DNA from: Okamejei kenojei
Taxonomy: Eukaryota
Direction: 5' to 3'
Assembly (NCBI GenBank): GCA_035221665.1
Contig: CM069159.1
Span: 34,472,001-34,536,000, forward strand
Length of the DNA stretch: 64,000 nucleotides
Numbering within the stretch: the stretch's first letter is position 1; each line of letters starts with the position of its first letter. Positions 12,508 through 24,292 of the stretch are shown here, piece after piece. The notes under the pieces are model-generated. The model was not told the origin of the DNA, ran no database searches, and worked only from the letters and a program-made list of their open reading frames with translations. Both the position numbers and the translations under genes were made by a program.

Positions 12508-12735
12508 AGGGCCTGTCCCACTTTCACGACCTAATTCACAACCTCTGTCGAGTTTGCCCTTGACTCATACTCACAGCAAGGTCGTCACGAGGTCATAGGT
12601 AGGTCGTAGCGGGCCGTGATGCTAGTCGTAGGTACTCGTGACATCAAGTCGGTCGGGGCGTTTTTTCTAGCATGATGAAAAATGTCCACGAGTAAAAAAG
12701 GTTGTGAATTAGGTGGTGAAAGTGGGACAGGCCCT
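12508..12735. mobile_element. PIF/Harbinger MITE, complete, 228 bp
   Basis: 37-bp TIR AGGGCCTGTCCCACTTTCAC(G/C)ACCTAATTCACAACCT with 1 mismatch; TAA TSD at 12505-07 and 12736-38. Empty site tgctaa(c/t)c is seen in related Rex1 UTRs at ~5200 and ~57565. Confidence 0.9.
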
Positions 12736-13411
12736 TAACCAGTCGGCAGAAAGACAAAACATGATAACAATCGAGCCATGTGCAGTGTTTCGAGATATTT
12801 AAGTGTATGGAGCGATTGTAATGTATGTTATAGGAAATCAGTAAAATAATGTCTGATGAACTTGAAAGAGTTTCTTAGGAAGGAAGAGAGAAACAAATAA
12901 TATCTGAAGCACATGGATCTGGGCAGGTATTTGATCAAGCCTCCTTGAAGGCTAGTCATAAACTGCAGAGGCAAGGTTAAAAAAAAGAGCTCAATAATAG
13001 AAGGCAAAGAGGTGTGAAAGGTTGTTTTTTGGATTGAAAAGAAAACTAAATGCATTCTGCAGAGGAGGGTATTCTGCGGAAGTCAGTAAAAGGACTGCTT
13101 AAAAAAAAAATCAATAACTTGGTGAAGGGTACAATTTGCAGGTGACTGACAAGGTGAAGGCATTGCTAGTTGTGATGATAATTGTGATGTAGCTGGGATG
13201 AAGTAATCGGTGAGTCCATGGAGAAGAATTTTAATGGTGAGAAACGCGATGTTCAATTTAAGATAAGAGGCAATATAAACTTGAGGGCTTCTTAGAAACA
13301 TGGGCACAAGAATGGAGATATCTTGGAGTGCATGTGCATTGGTTATTGAAACTGACAAGGCAGATTAAGTAAGGGGTTTAACAGATGCACAGGATCCTGG
13401 AGTTTATATGT

Positions 13412-13580
13412 TCATAAGTGATAGGAATAGAATTAGGCCATTTGGCCCATCAAGTCTACTCCACCATTCAATCATGGCTGATCTATCTCTCCCTCCTAAC
13501 CCTATTCTCCTGCCTTCTCCCTAAACCTCTGACACCTGTACTAATCAAGAATCTATCTATCTCTGCCTTAAAAATATCCT
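13412..13580 (-). mobile_element. CR1 3' end fragment
   Basis: cataagtgataggaatagaattaggccatt... CR1 3' UTR. Confidence 0.8.
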
Positions 13581-13898
13581 TCTGTGGAGTTTATATTTAG
13601 GAGAACAGAGTACAAAAGCAAGAGAGTCATGGTGAATCCAGGTGGGATAATGGGCCTTTATGGCAAAGCTAAGCCTCCATATTGTTCACAACATTGGGCT
13701 TGAATCACACAAAATGGCAGTTAAAACATGGTGGCTCTTGTGTACGGTCTCAGAATACAAGTCTTAGATTTTTTAAATATATAAATTATGATGTTTTTAT
13801 GTGATTTACCATGATTTTATATATATTTATGATATTTGATATGCAATGCATTTTTAATGTAATGTTGCCCCTTGTCTGGACCTTGAGTCCGTAATAAA

Positions 13899-13899
<1 letters not shown>

Positions 13900-13939
<40 letters not shown>
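13900..13939. repeat. (TTA)n microsatellite, probably a LINE tail
   Basis: Pure TTA run directly after aataaag. Confidence 0.9.
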
Positions 13940-14096
13940 CTAGTATTCTTGCATTCTTGTGCCTCTGTGTAGTAAGATGTTTTACTTTGAACTGCATTCA
14001 AAGAGGAATGTCACTGTACCCAGGCAAAAGTAACAATAAACGACCATTGAATCTCTATATAACTCTATTTGGCCACATCTGGAGTATTGCATCCTG

Positions 14097-14266
14097 TCAG
14101 GGTGGATGTAAAGATGTGCAGGTTTGTAGGTTAAGTGGCTTCTGTATTCCATATTGTCCCTATTCCATAGGATAGAACTAATGTACGGGGTGATCATTGG
14201 TTGGCACGGACTCGATGGGCCGAAGGGACTGTTTCCACGCTGTAACTCTCAATTAAATTAAACTAA
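14097..14266 (+). mobile_element. HE1 SINE 3' half
   Basis: aaagatgtgcaggtttgtaggttaa...gggccgaagggactgtttcc and tail. Confidence 0.8.
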
Positions 14267-14529
14267 GCTCAATGAACTGAGCAGGGAGCATAACGTTGGC
14301 ACAATGCCAATTTCTTATGAAGATTTGAAGCACCTTGTCATGTTTACGGTATTGAAGGAAGTGTTTATTGTTGTGTTTGCATTGCGAGCAACGAGCGAGC
14401 GCTGGTTATTTGTGCGTCCCATGTCCATACTCGGCAACCAACGGGCTTATCAAGTATCATGCATGTGCAATTTGATCGATTCATTCATTTTAATTAAAGT
14501 TACAAATATTCTGGGCTTTCACGTGTTCT

Positions 14530-14617
14530 CACATTATCCTCTAGAGATGAAAGAAGTTCATTTCAAGTTACTAACACATTATCCTCTAGAGATGAAAGAA
14601 GTTCATTTCAAGTTACT
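14530..14617. repeat. 45-bp tandem duplication
   Basis: cacattatcctctagagatgaaagaagttcatttcaagttact occurs twice, at 14530 and 14575. Confidence 0.95.
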
Positions 14618-15329
14618 GATGATTAATTGATGAGTAGGTATTAAGAAGTTCAGAACAGCAAGTTGAATCAAGTTGTACAATGAGACATGATTTACAAGTG
14701 TTTTATATGAATCAAGAGTTTTTACCTTCTGGAATATTTGTCACTTTTATGGCAAGATATATTTTCATAGTTTATTGTACCTTTGACATGTACCTTCATT
14801 GTTTATAGATCTGATATCAAATGAGTCTTTTTTTTGTGAGAAAGAGTCCCTTTCTACACCACATAGATCTGAAATGGCAAAGTGAATAAGGGGGTTGGAT
14901 CCTGCAAATCAATACTGAAATCTTCTCTGGAAAGGTAATGTCAAGGTGATGTTTCTGGCTCAGTAATCGCAGACAGTGGCCAATGATCTCACCAGCATGA
15001 GAATTGAAATTACATCCTGGGCCATTGGAGAATCTGGATGCGGCTTTGAAAAAAAGGCAATAATAAGAGACGGCATCAAACAACAGTGGAAGCGCTTGGA
15101 TTGTGATAAAGTGACGTCTGCTCAGGAAGAGAACCAGTTGACCTTGCCCTGTCCAGTATCATATGATTGTGGTCTATTCTCAGTCGAAATGGATGCAGCA
15201 AAAAGCAGCTGACAATTCAGCTGTAGTGCTGGAAACCCATTCGAAAGTGCAGGTCTAAACTGTTCTCTTAGTTACAATATGAAAGTTTCCCAGTAACGTG
15301 CAAACAGTCTGATGTCAAGTCAAGTCAAG

Positions 15330-15935
15330 TTGCCGGCAGTCGCCTGAAAAACCGGGAACTGGAACGGCGACTGTCAGAGTGGAACACACACACACACACA
15401 CAAACACATCGCAAAGGCGGGGGCCAGGGCAAGTGGGGCTGTAATTAAGACGGCTAGCACAGTGTACGGTAAGTCCTTTAAGAGAGGGGGGGGAGAAGGG
15501 GTGGAGACAACTTTTAAGAAGCCAGACAACTTTTAATAAGCCAGAGATACACAGCTGTGAAGTTCGGCAGACATTTAACATTACCGGCCGGTTATCCTTG
15601 GTTCTGAAAACTCTTGCTTATGTTTTTGTTCCCCAATGAGCCAATGAAAATGACCGGTCAGCAAAGGCGATTAACTAAAACTACCTACGACTACCTCGAC
15701 TACCTACAACTACATGGCAACCCCACTACACCACGACTACAGGATTATCGATTCTCTCCATGTTGAAAAATCTGCGGCCACCATACTGAGGCCGCTACTA
15801 GTTCCCAGAATGCGGGAACTGCTCGCGACCATGAAGGAGACTCCCCAGAGACCACCAGCGAACATGTGGCGACCATGTGGCGAGTGCAGTGTCTCCTGCA
15901 ATTGCCTAAAAAGTCCCCTAAGTGGGACAGGCCCA
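15330..15935. mobile_element. PIF/Harbinger non-autonomous element, left TIR missing
   Basis: Ends with AAGTGGGACAGGCCCA (TIR) and carries CGAC-rich subterminal motifs like 34150. Confidence 0.7.
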
Positions 15936-16239
15936 TTTGGCAGGTTAGCTGGGGCCAAATGAGACTGCAGATGCTTGGATGCTTAGCAGAAAACAGACTA
16001 CTGGAGGAACACGCAGACACAAAATGCTGGAGTAACTCAGAGGGACAGGCAGCATCTCTGGAGAGAAGGAGGAGAAGGGGGAGAGAACAAAGGGGGACCA
16101 GGTGCAGGGGTACATAGTTCCTCTGTTAGCGCCCTTTATGTGCTGACTATTTGCATACTTTGGGTACGCAAACAAAGAATTTCATTGTGACTTGTCACAT
16201 GTGACAAAGTATTCAATTTGATTCAATTCAAGGATCCCG

Positions 16240-16840
16240 AGATAGACAATAGTCAATATTTGCAGGAGAAGGCCATTCGGCCCTTTGGCTCTTCGAGCCA
16301 GCACCGTCATTCAATGTGATCATGGCTGATCATCCCCAATCAGTACCCCGTTCCTGCCTTCTCCCCATATCCCCTGACTCCACTATCTTTTTGAGCCCTA
16401 TCTAGCTCTCTCTTGAAAGTATCCAGAGAACCGGCCTTCACCGTGCTCTTAGGCAGAGAATTCCACACTCACAACTCTCTGTGTGAAAAAGTGTTTCCTC
16501 GTCTCCATTCTAAATGGCTTACTCCTTATTCTTAAACTGTGGCCCCTGGCTCTGGACTCCCCCAACATTGGGAACATGTTTCCTGCCTCTAGCGTGTCCA
16601 AGCCCTTAACAATCTTATATGTTTCAATGAGATCCCCTCTCATCCTTCTAAACTCCAGAGTGTACAAGCCCAGCTGCTCCATTCTCTCAGCATATGACAG
16701 TCCCGCCATCCCGGGAATTAACCTTGTAAACCTACACTGCATTTCCTCAATAGCAAGAATGTCCTTCCTCAAATTAGGGGACCAAAACTGCACACAATAC
16801 TCCAGGTGTGGTCTCACTAGGGCTCTGTACAACTGCAGAA
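16240..16840 (-). mobile_element. CR1 LINE 3' portion
   Basis: ORF 16449-16832: LYRALVRPHLEYCVQFWSP... Confidence 0.92.
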
Positions 16841-17274
16841 GGATGCTGTCTGTATGTTGAGTTATTTATATTTATTGATTAATGTATACAACATGATAAA
16901 ACATGTTACTCCGACCGTGCAGCTGTAGCGACTGGCTGCACACGTTGGGTTGCGATAATATGAATGGTGTGGCAGTAGGTGGAGCTTGTAATATTGGAGC
17001 ATTACATTGATTAGTAAGTAAAGTAACCAATCTACACAGTCCTGTTGAGTTACTCCGGCATTTTGTGTCTATTTTCGGTGTAAACCAGCATTTGCAGTTC
17101 TTTCCTACACATTCCTATTGTAGAAACTCAATGGGTCAGGCAGTATTTGGAAATGGACTGATTGACAATTTCGGGTGCTGGTTTGAAAAATCTGAACAAG
17201 GGTATCATCGTAAAGCGTCCATTTCCCTGCGCTGATGCTGCCTGATCTGCGGAGTTTGGAATTCTGGTGGAATT

Positions 17275-17475
17275 CTAGTCTGTGGAATTCTCTGCCTCTG
17301 GATGCTTTCAAGAGAGAGCTGGATAAAGCTCTTAAAGATAGCGGAGTCAGGGGATATGGGGAGAAGGCAGGAACAGGGTACTGATTGGGGATGATCAGCT
17401 ATGATCACATTGAATGGCGGTGCTGGCTCGAAGGGCCGAATGGCCTACTCCCGCACCTATTGCCTATTGTCTATA
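17275..17475 (+). mobile_element. CR1 3' end
   Basis: tgtggaattctctgcct...gaagggccgaatggcctactcc and a TATTG tail. Confidence 0.85.
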
Positions 17476-17923
17476 TTGTGTATTGAGTTCCTCCAGCAGC
17501 ATGTTTTGGATCGCATTACCTTTCTGGCTGGAGGAATTGACCCGACTATTGTCTTGCAACTCCTCTAAAGCCCAAAGCCTGCCAGTTGCTCAACAAGGAA
17601 ATTTTCCACTTAGAAAGAGTAATGGCTATAGTTGTTTCTTTCTTTTTCGTGTCAGTCGTTGATATTTAATCATAGTGATTAGGCGCTCAACGGCCAAATT
17701 CTCAGTCCTTCATTGTCTGGTGATGTTCTTGTTTTTAAAGCATCCAATCATGCACTCTGTCAAAGTCTGCCATCATTTCTGTTCAAAACAACTTGCAGCA
17801 GCAAAAAGAAACCGGAGAATCATGGAAACACGCTGCCGATCTGGCAGCATCCGTGGCAAGAGAAACTTAATGATTCAGTTTGATGATCGATTGTCAGAAT
17901 TAGGGAAGTGAGAAAATGAGTTG

Positions 17924-18160
17924 GACACAAAATGCTGGAGTAACTCAGCGGGACAGGCAGCATCTCTGGATAGAAGGAATGGGTGATGTTTCGGGTCGAC
18001 ACCCTTCTTCTTCAATAGACAATAGGTGCGGGAGTAGGCCATTCGGCCCTTCGAGCCAGCACCGCCATTCACTGTGATCATGGCTGATCATCCACAATCA
18101 GTACCCCGTTCCTGCCTTCTCCCCATATCCCTTGACTCCGCTATCTTTAAGCGCTCCACC
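17924..18160 (-). mobile_element. Penelope pLTR joined to a CR1 3' end
   Basis: pLTR (17924-18012) is broken at the hammerhead by the caatagacaatag CR1 tail. Confidence 0.8.
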
Positions 18161-18264
18161 TAATTCGATGGAGCTCTTGGAGATTTACACGTTCTGTTGT
18201 GCTGTTTTCATTGTTCTATCTGGGACAATAAAACACTCTTGATACTCTCCTAACTCTAACTCTA

Positions 18265-18856
18265 ACCTTATTGATTTCTCTAACAGTGGTATGAATATGA
18301 TATCTCTACCTTCAGGTAGCCCCGGCATTCCCTCTCTTTAAACCTCCCCCACCCAAGTTGCACTAGCTTCACGTTTTCACCCAACAAACAGCTAACAATG
18401 GCCTGTTTCCTTTATCATGTTACTTTGATGCATATCTTTAATTCATTGTTATTTATCTCTCCACATCACCATCTATATCTCTCATTTCCCTTATCCCTAA
18501 CAAATCTGAAGAAGGGTCTCCACCCCATTCCAAATCCGACCTTTCCGTCCTTGGCCTCCTCCATGGCCAGAGCGAAGACCACCGTAAATTGGAGGAGCAG
18601 CACCTCATATTCCGCTTGGGCAGTCTGCACCCCAGCGGTATGAACATTGACTTCTCTAATTTCAGGTAGTCCCTACTTTCGCCTCCCCATCTCAGCTCTC
18701 CCTCAGCCCACTGTCTCCACCTCTTCCTTTCTTCTTCCCCCACTCCCCCCCCCCCCCCAACCCTCACATCTGTCTGAAGAAGGGTCTTAACCTGAAACGG
18801 TGCCTATTTCCTTCGCTCCATAGATGCTGCCTCACCCGCTGAGTTTCTCCAGCATC
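18265..18856 (+). mobile_element. Tandem Penelope fragments (UTR, GIY-YIG C-terminus, pLTR)
   Basis: 18521-18669 encodes PHSKSDLSVLGLLHGQSEDHRKLEEQHLIFRLGSLHPSGMNIDFSNFR*. The junction lies within a hammerhead stem II at ~18520. Confidence 0.85.
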
Positions 18857-19009
18857 CAAGAGTTTATCAACTACAGAGTTTTTCTTTTGTATCATCCTAT
18901 CAATAACCGGACAACCTTGAGTAACCATCTGCCTCAATGGAGACCCTCAGACTATCTTCATCAGACGTTACTGGACTTTATCTTGCACTAAACATGGTAC
19001 CCTTTATCA

Positions 19010-19397
19010 TGTAGACACAAGTGCTGGTGAAACTCAGCGGGTGTGGCAGCATCTATGGAGCGAAGGAAATAGGCGACGTTTCGGGTTGAAACCCTTCTTC
19101 AGACTGATGTGAGGGTGGGGGGGGGCAGGAGTAATAAAGGAAGAGGTGGAGCCAGAGGGCTGAGGGAGAGCTGAGAGGGGAGGAGAAAGTAAGGTAGTTC
19201 AAAACGTCGCCTATTTCCTTCCCTCCATAGATGCTGCCTCACCCGCTGAGTTTCTCCAGCAATTTTGTCTACCTTCGATTTTCCAGCATCTGCTGTTCCT
19301 TCTTAACTAGCTTTTTGTGTCTATCTTCGGTTTAAACCAGCATCTGCAGTTCCTTCTTCGTGTAAGAAGGAACTGCAGATGCTGGTTTAAACTGAAG
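19010..19397. mobile_element. Penelope pLTR inverted arrays; intact hammerhead core 19075-19102 (minus)
   Basis: Core ctgaagaagggt(ttca)acccgaaacgtc on the minus strand; a second palindrome at 19326-19397. Confidence 0.8.
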
Positions 19398-19954
19398 TTT
19401 TCTCTTTTTCCTGGTTCTGAGGAAGGACTTTGACTTGAAAAGCGTGAACTGCTTCGCTTTTCACAAGTTTCTTGCTCATGGCATGGACGAGGGTTGGAGT
19501 CTGTGGGGAGGATGTACAAGTCGCTTATAGTGCCACAGCTTAAGAGACGACTATTTAACATAGAAAATGGAAATGCTTAGTCATCAGGGAATGCATTGTC
19601 CGGGAAACAGACAGTATTGTCTGCGGCACAAAGATATATTGCGTGCCTGGTGCCAAGGTTAAAAACATATTTTCTGTGCTGGAGACCGATTTGGAGTGGG
19701 AGGGGAAAGTTGCAGTTATCTTGGTCCATGTACTCGTGAATAACTTGGTAGGAGTAGCAAGGAGATTTAACTGAGAGATCATGAGCAGCTGAGGGTAAAA
19801 TTAAAAAGGAAAGCTACAAGAGTTATTATTATTAGCTGAGCAATATTCATATTAGCTGATGGTAAATTAGATGAGAGTAGTAAATGTGCGTCTCAAAGGC
19901 TGGTGTGGATGAGATGAGGCACGGGCATCTGAACGGGGGAAAGAGAGAGCTGAT

Positions 19955-20282
19955 CTTTAGACTTTAGAGAGATACAATGATACAAAGAAACGGAGAGATA
20001 CAGCTGTGAAAACAGGCCCTTCGGCCCATCAAGTCCGCGCTGACCAGCGATCACCCCGTACATACACTACACACTAGGGAGAATTTACAATTCTTTCAAA
20101 GCTGATTAGTCTACAAACTTGTACGTCTTTCGAGTGTGGCGGGAAACCCAGAGCACCTGTAGAAAACCCCATGCAGCCAGAGGGAGAATGTGCAAACTCT
20201 GTACAGACAGCACTCATAGTCAGCATCAAACTTAGGTCCCTGACGCTGTGAGGCAGCTACTCTACCACTGCATCACTGTGCT
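19955..20282 (-). mobile_element. HE1 SINE
   Basis: tRNA head, V-domain and tail. Confidence 0.85.
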
Positions 20283-20436
20283 GGGATGGGCTTGGTTTGA
20301 ACCAAGCTGGGACTGGTGTCCAAGCGAATTGTGTAACAAGATATCATAATCACGGCTTTTAAATAATTAGGAGTGAGGACTTTACTGGAAGGGTTAATCA
20401 GTGAGCGAGCAGTGGGGTAAGGTAGTGAAGGGTCTG

Positions 20437-20745
20437 TAGACTTTAGACTTTAGAGATACCCATGTGGAAACAGGCCCTTCGGACCCTCCGGGTCTGCGCC
20501 ACCCAACGATCTACACATACACCAGCACTATCCTGCACACTAGGGACAATTTAGAATTGTACCTAAGCCAATTAATCTACAGACCTGCACGTCTTTGGAG
20601 CTTGGGAGGAAACTGGAGCACCCGGAGAAAACCCACGCGGTCACGGGGAGAACGTACAAACTCCTGACAGACAGCACACCCGTCGTCAGGATCGAACCTG
20701 TGTCTCTGGCGCTGTGAGGCAGCATCTCTACCGCTGCGCCACCGA
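20437..20745 (-). mobile_element. HE1 SINE
   Basis: tRNA head, V-domain and (CTAAAGT)n tail. Confidence 0.9.
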
Positions 20746-21284
20746 GCAGTGAAAATCAAAACGGTACAGAAAGGGGCAGAGAATAGAATCACAATAAGTA
20801 AAGATTTAAATAGCTGAAGGCTCTTTATCTGAATATGTGCAGCTCTTGAAACAAAATAGATGAGCTGACGGCACAAATAGAAATAAATGAATTTAATTTA
20901 CCAGCTATTACAGAGACGTGGTTACAGGATGAGCTGGACCGGGAACTCGATATTCCAGGTTATTTGATGTTCTAAGAGAATAGGGCAAAGGAAAGAGGTG
21001 GCTAGGATGATATCATCACGGCGGTGAGCAGTGATATAGACAGAGTGAATCGTGAATCAATTTGGGTGGGAATAAGGACGAGCAGTGGAAAGACAAGGGT
21101 GGGACTGATTTATTAGCCTTTGAAAGTACTGCCTCGCAAAAAGAGAAAGCAAAATGGGGAAATATAGAAGGCATGTAAGAAGGGATCTGCACTTAAAATG
21201 GATGATTTTAATTTGACTATTGATTGAACTAATCAAATTAGGAAGAATACTGTGGCAGAAGCATTCATAAAGTATATCCAGGAT

Positions 21285-21730
21285 GGCTGGTGTGGTCACA
21301 TTTGGAGCATTGCGTTCACTTTTGGTCACCTTGCTCTTGGAAGGATGTTGTTAAGCTGGAAAGAGTGTGGAGAAGTATTTGGCAGGGCTTGAGTATCTGA
21401 GCTATAGGGGAAGGTTGGGCAGGCCGGGACTTTATTTCTTGGAGCGCAGGAGGACGAGGGGTGATTTTATAGAGGTGTACACGATCTTGACGGCAATAGA
21501 TATGGTGAAAGCACAAAGTCTTGTACCCAGAGTAGGGGAATCAAGAACCAAAGGACATAGGTTGAAGGCGAGTGGGGAAAGATTTAATAGGAATCTGAAG
21601 GGGCAATTTTCTCACACAGAGGTTGATAGGTATATGGAACGAGATGCCAGAGGGAGTAGTTGGGGCAGGTCCGATAACGACATTTAAAAGACATTTGGAC
21701 AGGATTATGGATAGGAAAGGTTTAGATGGA
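21285..21730 (+). mobile_element. Younger CR1 3' fragment nested in the old CR1
   Basis: GLEYLSYRGRLGRPGLYFLERRRTRGDFIEVY... Confidence 0.8.
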
Positions 21731-21734
21731 TCGG

Positions 21735-22020
21735 GCGGTCACGGTGGCGCAACGGTAGAGTTGCTGCCTTACAGCGTTAGCAGCGCCGGAGACCAGGGTT
21801 CGATCTCAACTACGAGGCGCTGTCTGTATGGAGTTTGTACGTTCTCCCCGTGACCTGCGTGGGTCTTCTCCGAGATCTTCAGTTTCCTCCCACACTCCAA
21901 AATTAACTTTGGTCGAGTTGTAAATTGTCGCTGGTGTGTAAGTTGGTGCTAGTGTACGGGGTGATCACTGCTTGGCATGGGCCCAGTGGGTCAAAGGGCC
22001 AGTTTCCACGCTGCATCTCG
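21735..22020 (+). mobile_element. HE1 SINE
   Basis: ggtcacggtggcgcaacggtagag A-box, ggttcgatc B-box, V-domain. Confidence 0.9.
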
Positions 22021-22867
22021 GAACAAGTGCCATATAAAAAGCTGCTATTAGAGTAAGGATGTTAGGGTGGATTAATGACTGGATGCGGCAGAGAAGACAG
22101 GAAGTTTAAATAAATGGGTGCTCTTCAGACTGGAAAAGTGTAATGAATGGTGTGCCCCAAGGATTGGTCATGGTTCCTCAAATATCTTTAATCTATGTAA
22201 AGAACTTGGAGAAAGGACCAGAGTGTAAGGTATCCAGGTTTGCTGATGACGGAAAAACTGGACCCTGTAACAGGATATAGATATTTTCAGAGACTGCCAC
22301 AAACTTGGCAAGTGGATTTTAGGTAGAAATGTATGAGTCATACAATTCAGTAAGATAAATCAAAAGGGAAATTATTATTTACATGAGGTGTAGTGGAAAG
22401 GGATCAAGATGTTTGTGCACATGAAATACAAAGTCAGCAAGTGGGCGCCGCAAGTCTTGAAGTAGGCAAACGCTAAACGGCCTTAAATTCTCAGCAGTTG
22501 ACATTTAAAAACAGAGAGACGCTGCCACAATTGCAGAGTGTGTTAGTAAAACTGCAACTGGAATACAGTCTGCGGCTGCCCCCCTTATTTACGAAATGAT
22601 ATAGTTAGTTTGGAGGCAGTGCAGAAGTGATTCGCGAGGCTAACTCCCGCAGATGGGAGAGCCCTATCATGAACAGCTAAAAAATAATGGCCAGTATTCT
22701 TTGAAGTTCATTGAAATAATGGGTAATCCTATTGAAACATTTCAGTTCCCAAGAGGCGTGACAAGGCAGGGACTGCGATGTCTCCACTGGAGAGACAGTC
22801 ATGAGTGAGTTATAAGACAAGGGGCAATTTAAAATTATAGAGCATAGGAATGTCTTTGTATGGATTT

Positions 22868-23172
22868 TTTAGTTAGTGTCGAGATACAGCGAGGAAACAT
22901 GCCCTTCGGCCCACCAAGTCCACACTGACCAGCGATCTCGGCACGTTAATGCCACCCTACACACACTAGGAATAATTTAACATTTATACCAAGCCAATTA
23001 ATCTACAAACCTGTATGTCTTTGGAGTGTGGGAGGGAACCGAAGATCTCGGAGAAAACCCACGCAGGTCACGGGGAGAAGGTACAAACTCCGTACAGACA
23101 GCACCCGTAGACGGGATCGAACCCGGGTCTCTGGCGCTGTAAGGCAGCAACCCTACCGTTGCTCTACCGTGC
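22868..23172 (-). mobile_element. HE1 SINE
   Basis: Full head, V-domain and tail. Confidence 0.9.
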
Positions 23173-23494
23173 TGCTCTGGTGGTGACATTTATAATTCTC
23201 TGTCTCTGAGGGTTGTGGAAGCCAGTTTCCTGGAAATATCTAAGGAGAGGTAGATTTTGTTTTGCATTATTGGGGAATTGAGTACATTGTCAAATTATCA
23301 CCAAAGAGCACTTGAGGTCTGAGACAGAGTAGCCTTGATTGTATTGAGGGTCATGCTCAAGTGACCTACTCCATCTACTATTTTGTTGTATGAGTATTTG
23401 TGTGTTTATTTCCATTACTTTTTTGACCTTCAGAGTTTGAAATGTGTATCGAATTTTCCCACAAAATGCTGCTGTTCAGATTCCTATTTTATTT

Positions 23495-24062
23495 AATTGA
23501 ATTAAAAGATCGAGCACGGAAGCAGGCCCTTTGGCCCACCAGGTCCACGCCGACCATCGATCACCCGTTCACATGAGTTCCACTTGATTCCACTATGGCA
23601 CCTACTCCATACACACTGCGGGCAATTTGCAGGGGCCTCTTTGGGATGTGGGAGCAAACTGGAGCGCCTAGAGGAAGCACATGGGGTCGCAGGGAATTGC
23701 TCATATATTCTAGGAGCAGAATTAGGCCATTCGGCCCATCATGTCTTCTCTGCTAGTTAATCATGGCTTGATCTATCTTTTCAATCATGGCTTAATCTAT
23801 CTTTCCCCCTCAACACTAATCTGCCGCCTTCTCCCCATAACCCCTGACTCCCTTACTAATCAAGTATCTGTCAATCTCTGCCATAAAAATATCCATTGTT
23901 CTGGTTTCCACAGCCTTCTGTGGCAATGAATTCCACAGATTCACCACCCTCTGACTAAAGAAATTCCTCCTCATCTCCTTTCCAAAGGTATGTCCTTTTA
24001 TTCTGAGGCTGTGCCCTCTAATCCTACTCTCCCACTAGTGGAAACATCCTCTCCACATCCAC
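23495..24062 (-). mobile_element. Degraded SINE followed by a CR1 3' fragment
   Basis: SINE at 23495-23695; CR1 UTR and ORF2 end at 23700-24062. Confidence 0.75.
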
Positions 24063-24292
24063 TAACTACAGACTCTATTTCGAACCCAGGAAAGAATGTG
24101 GTGCTACACAGTTTCTCCATGTTACACCAACAGCGGTGGAGGACACCACGCCTACACTTGGCCAGGCCAACCCTGCAACGCCACTAGGACAACAGACCTT
24201 CATGGTCAGGTCAAGAACCCTGTACTTTCAACAACTGAGACTTGAAAATGGCGCCAAGGTGGCGAGTCTGTATACAGTGTCTAATATACACT

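Larger units (their letters stand above)
19570..23390 (+). mobile_element. Ancient near-full-length CR1 LINE (ORF1 esterase, APE endonuclease, RT), fragmented by nested insertions
   Basis: ~19580 VIRECIVRETD..CVPGAKVKNI..LEWEG..LVHV is a decayed SGNH ORF1. ~20814 LKALYLN..NKIDEL..AITETWL is APE. ~22150 GVPQG..FADD is RT. 3' UTR at ~23190-23390. Confidence 0.75.
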
